This document shows positions 16,987-20,000 of a stretch of DNA of 20,000 bases, piece by piece. This DNA comes from Deltaproteobacteria bacterium (lineage in GTDB: Bacteria > Myxococcota > JACRCW01): NCBI GenBank assembly GCA_016218805.1, contig JACRCW010000040.1:56382-76381 (forward strand), read 5' to 3'. The notes beneath the pieces were generated by a model. That model saw only the letters and a program-made list of their open reading frames with translations, ran no database searches and had not been told where the DNA came from. Within the stretch, counting starts at the first letter, position 1; every line of letters begins with the position of its first letter. Made by a program: the position numbers and the translations under genes.

Positions 16987-18348
16987 TCATTTGCCGATAC
17001 AGAACCGCCCGAAGATCGCGCCCAGCACCTCTTCGGTCGGCATGACGCGCCCACTGACCTCGCCGATGGCGCTGGCCGCGCGGCGGAACCGCTCGGCCAC
17101 CACTTCCTCCGGCTCACCCGCGTCCCGCGCACGCACCGCGCCCTGCAGCTCTTCCGCCGCGCACGCCACCCGCTCCGCCTGGCGGGCGGTTGCCGCCACC
17201 ACGCCCTCGGCGTGCCCGCGGCCTGACAGCCGCTCCACAATCTGGCGGCGTAGCGCGGGCAGTCCCTCCGCCACGCGCGCGGACACCGTCAGCGCGGCCG
17301 TCCCCAGCCGCACCGCCGCGCCGGGCGCCGCCCCGTGACTGCTGGCCAGGTCCCCCTTGGTCTCCACCACAATCACCGGCGGCCCCGGCGGCGGGTCCCG
17401 CATGTCACGGCCGCCGTCATCCGCACCCACACAGTACAGCAGCAGGTCTGCCCGCGCGGCCTCCTCCAGGCTGCGCCGCACGCCTTCCTGCTCCACGCGG
17501 CCCGCGGCCACGCGCGTGCCCGCCGTGTCCACCAGCGTCACGGGCATGCCCTCCCAGGTGACGGACGCCTCCACCACGTCACGCGTGGTCCCCGGCGCGT
17601 CGTCCACAATTGCGCGGTCACGCCCGCACAGCGCGTTGAACAGGGCGCTCTTGCCCGCATTGGGGGCGCCGTACAGGACCACGCGAGCGCCCTCCAGCAT
17701 GCGCCGCGTGCGCTCGTGCCCGCGCAGCAGGGCACGCAACGCCGCCGCCGCGCGCGTGGCCGCTTCCCGCTGGTGGTCCAGGCTTGCGCGCGGGAGCCCG
17801 TCCTCCGGGAAGTCCAGGTAAGCCTCCGTCTCCGCCAGCAGGCCCAGCACCGCCTCCCGTACGGGCTCCAGCGCCAGTGCCACCTCCCCGGTGCGCAGCC
17901 GCTCCGCCGCCACCGCCGCCTCGGCGCTCTGCGCCTGCAACAGCAGCCCCACCGCCTCCGCCTGGTCCAGCGTCAGGCGCCCGTGCAGGAAGGCGCGCAG
18001 CGTGAATTCGCCAGGCTGGGCCTGGCGCGCCCCCCTACCCAGCACCGCCTGCAGCAGCCGCTGTCCGTTCACGCGCCCGCCCGGCCCGTGCAGTTCCACG
18101 CATGTCTCGCCCGTGTAGGACCGCGGGCCAGGAAAGGTGGCGCACAGGGTCTCCAGGGCGCCGCCCGCGGTCTGCACGCGCCCCAGGTGCAGCGTGGCCG
18201 GCCGCACCCGGCCGGGGCGCGCACGCAGGAACACCGCGTCGCGCACGCCGGTGGCCCCCGGCCCGCTCACGCGGACTGCGTTGATGACGCCGTCACCGTT
18301 GCCGGTCAGCAGCGCCGCAATGGTGTCCCGGCACGCGAGATCAAGCAT
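16987..18348 (-). CDS. mnmE: tRNA uridine-5-carboxymethylaminomethyl(34) synthesis GTPase MnmE (TrmE)
   Basis: DTIAA, VRVSG, PRSYTGE, GEFTLRAFLHGR, G1 GAPNAGKS, G2 GTTRD, G3 DTAG, G4 TKGD, C-terminal FGRFCIGK. Start at ATG 18348 gives 453 aa. Confidence 0.95.
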   Translation of the reverse strand: MLDLACRDTIAALLTGNGDGVINAVRVSGPGATGVRDAVFLRARPGRVRPATLHLGRVQTAGGALETLCATFPGPRSYTGETCVELHGPGGRVNGQRLLQAVLGRGARQAQPGEFTLRAFLHGRLTLDQAEAVGLLLQAQSAEAAVAAERLRTGEVALALEPVREAVLGLLAETEAYLDFPEDGLPRASLDHQREAATRAAAALRALLRGHERTRRMLEGARVVLYGAPNAGKSALFNALCGRDRAIVDDAPGTTRDVVEASVTWEGMPVTLVDTAGTRVAAGRVEQEGVRRSLEEAARADLLLYCVGADDGGRDMRDPPPGPPVIVVETKGDLASSHGAAPGAAVRLGTAALTVSARVAEGLPALRRQIVERLSGRGHAEGVVAATARQAERVACAAEELQGAVRARDAGEPEEVVAERFRRAASAIGEVSGRVMPTEEVLGAIFGRFCIGK

Positions 18349-18362
18349 GCCGCCGCGCACCG

Positions 18363-19421
18363 TCAGTGCCCGGCAAGGGTGACCGGCTTCTCCTGCGTGC
18401 TGGCACCCTTGAGCCGGTCCGCGTACCAGGAGGACCCGAACTCCCCCTGCCGCGCCTTGACGTGCTCCACCCACGCGCCGTTGTCCACGTACCACTTCAC
18501 GGTGTCACGCAACCCGGCCTCCAGCGACGTCTCCGCCCGGAAGCCCAGTTCGTCGCGCGCGCGGGAGACCTCCAGCGCGTAGCGCCGGTCGTGCGCGGGG
18601 CGGTCGGTGACGTAGCGGATGAGCGTGTCCGGCTTGCCCATGTGCCCCAGGATGGTCTTCACAATGGTGATGTTGGTGCGCTCTTCGCCGGCGCCCAGGT
18701 TGTACGCGCGCCCCGCCTTCCCCTTGAGCGCCGCCGCCTCAATGCCGCGCGCGTGATCCTCCACGTAGATCCAGTCGCGCTTGTGCTGGCCGTCCCCGTA
18801 GACCGGCAGCTGCTCGTCCGCGCGCGCGCGCGTGATCATCAGCGGGATGAGCTTCTCCGGCGTCTGCCGCGGCCCGTAGTTGTTGGACGCGCGCGTGATC
18901 ACCAGGTCCATGCCGTACGTCTTCACGTAGCTCTGCGCCAGCAGGTCCGCCGCCGCCTTGGACGCCGCGTAGGGGCTGGACGGCCGGAACGGCGCCTCCT
19001 CGTCAAACCGGCCCGGTTCCGGCGTGGGGCCGTAGACCTCATCCGTGGAGATGTGCACAAACCGCGGCGTCTTGTGCCGCCGCGCCGCCTCCAACAGCAC
19101 GTGCGTGCCGCGCACGTTGGTGTCCGTGAACGCCATGGGCCCCAGGATGGACCGGTCCACGTGACTCTCCGCCGCCAGGTGCAGGACAAGCGTCGGCTTC
19201 TCGTCCACCCACACCGCCTCCACGGCCTTCTCATCCCGGATGTCCGCCTCCACCATGCGGAAGCGCTCCCCCTCCGGCAGGGAGGACAGCGAGATGCGGT
19301 TGCCCGCGTACGTCAACGCGTCCAGCACAACCACGCGGTCGCTGGGGTGTTCGCGCGCCCAGCGCAGCGTGAGCGCACTGCCAATGAATCCGGCGCCGCC
19401 GGTGATGAGGACGACCGCCAT
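18363..19421 (-). CDS. rfbB: dTDP-glucose 4,6-dehydratase
   Basis: GGAGGT RBS before ATG 19421. Motifs LITGGAGFIG, DALTYAGN, HLAAESHVDRSI, HISTDEVYG, PSSPYAASK, SNNYGP, EKLIP, YGDG..RDWIYVEDH, DRPAHDRRYA. Confidence 0.96.
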   Translation of the reverse strand: MAVVLITGGAGFIGSALTLRWAREHPSDRVVVLDALTYAGNRISLSSLPEGERFRMVEADIRDEKAVEAVWVDEKPTLVLHLAAESHVDRSILGPMAFTDTNVRGTHVLLEAARRHKTPRFVHISTDEVYGPTPEPGRFDEEAPFRPSSPYAASKAAADLLAQSYVKTYGMDLVITRASNNYGPRQTPEKLIPLMITRARADEQLPVYGDGQHKRDWIYVEDHARGIEAAALKGKAGRAYNLGAGEERTNITIVKTILGHMGKPDTLIRYVTDRPAHDRRYALEVSRARDELGFRAETSLEAGLRDTVKWYVDNGAWVEHVKARQGEFGSSWYADRLKGASTQEKPVTLAGH

Positions 19422-20000
19422 GGAGCACCTCCGTAACGAGTGGGGCGCGGCAAGTAGCCCACGCCGCAACCACCCGCAACGCCGGCATCAGGGGCGCCTG
19501 GTCAGCTTGCCCCGCCGGGACCGCCGCGGCACGCCGCTTCTGGGACAGCGACGGGCGGGAGCGGGGAGCGGGGGTGATGCGCGGACGGCGGGCGGACGGG
19601 TGCGTGGAGCTGCGGCGCCGCCCCGCCATGGTCACCATTCGCGTTTGCTCATCGCGGCCCCGCCGCCTCCCCTTCCTTCATCCGTCCTTTCGTTTCATCC
19701 CTTCTTGCTTTTTGGGAACGGGGTTCCTCTCCACGGACCCAGTTGGTCCGCAGCGTGTTCTGACCGTGGACTGCCGCTGCGCTCGCCGGGGCCGGCTTTG
19801 CCTGCGTCATGCGCCGGTCAACGTGGTGGGCCTCTGCATCAACTCCACCCGGTCACACTTCCAACCGGTTGCGCACCACGCTCGCGCGGAGCCCGTTTCA
19901 CGGTTGCCCCCGCGCGTCACCCGTCAAGGTTCGATCTAGACGAACACTGGTCTCCTCATCGGCTGGCCGGGGCAGCTCGGATTCCCACCCCACGGGCGTA

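Noticed and set aside
13034..19436. Long ORFs 13034..14767 (-), 15053..16288 (-), 17335..18582 (+), 18366..19436 (+)
   Set aside because: Antisense shadows of the glycosidase, membrane protein, mnmE and rfbB.
19422..20000. oriC (given nearby mnmE), c-di-GMP-I riboswitch, tmRNA/tRNA fragment, or the 121-aa ORF 19574..19939
   Set aside because: No good TTATCCACA boxes or AT-rich unwinding element. GGCAA/GAAA/GCAAAGCC fragments are not in GEMM spacing. GGTTCGAT lacks a cloverleaf context. The ORF lacks codon bias.

Overview
A very GC-rich, gene-dense bacterial window. The protein content points to Myxococcota or a related 'deltaproteobacterial' lineage (inference): Cys-rich secreted proteins, DAG/Ser-rich linkers, a CglF/GltF-like peptide and a Myxococcus-type LexA box. 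About 17 real CDSs are supported; most of the supplied ORFs are antisense or frame shadows caused by high GC. Housekeeping-type genes are a fused E1 alpha/beta 2-oxoacid dehydrogenase, a TIGR01777 epimerase/oxidoreductase, a YkgJ Cys-cluster protein, an FmdB zinc ribbon, mnmE and rfbB. They are mixed with secreted or lipoprotein genes. The most notable items are: (i) a secreted pentaheme c-type cytochrome running off the left edge, which is absent from the ORF track; (ii) a LexA-type SOS box in front of a coiled-coil hypothetical gene, with two further perfect palindromes in the same intergenic region; (iii) a Cys-rich protein with two ~120-aa tandem repeats; (iv) a GH99/GH71-like lipoprotein; (v) an orphan CglF-like gene; (vi) possible leaderless promoters. 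I found no CRISPR array, tRNA/rRNA or mobile element, and no clearly complete new multi-gene system can be proven from sequence alone.
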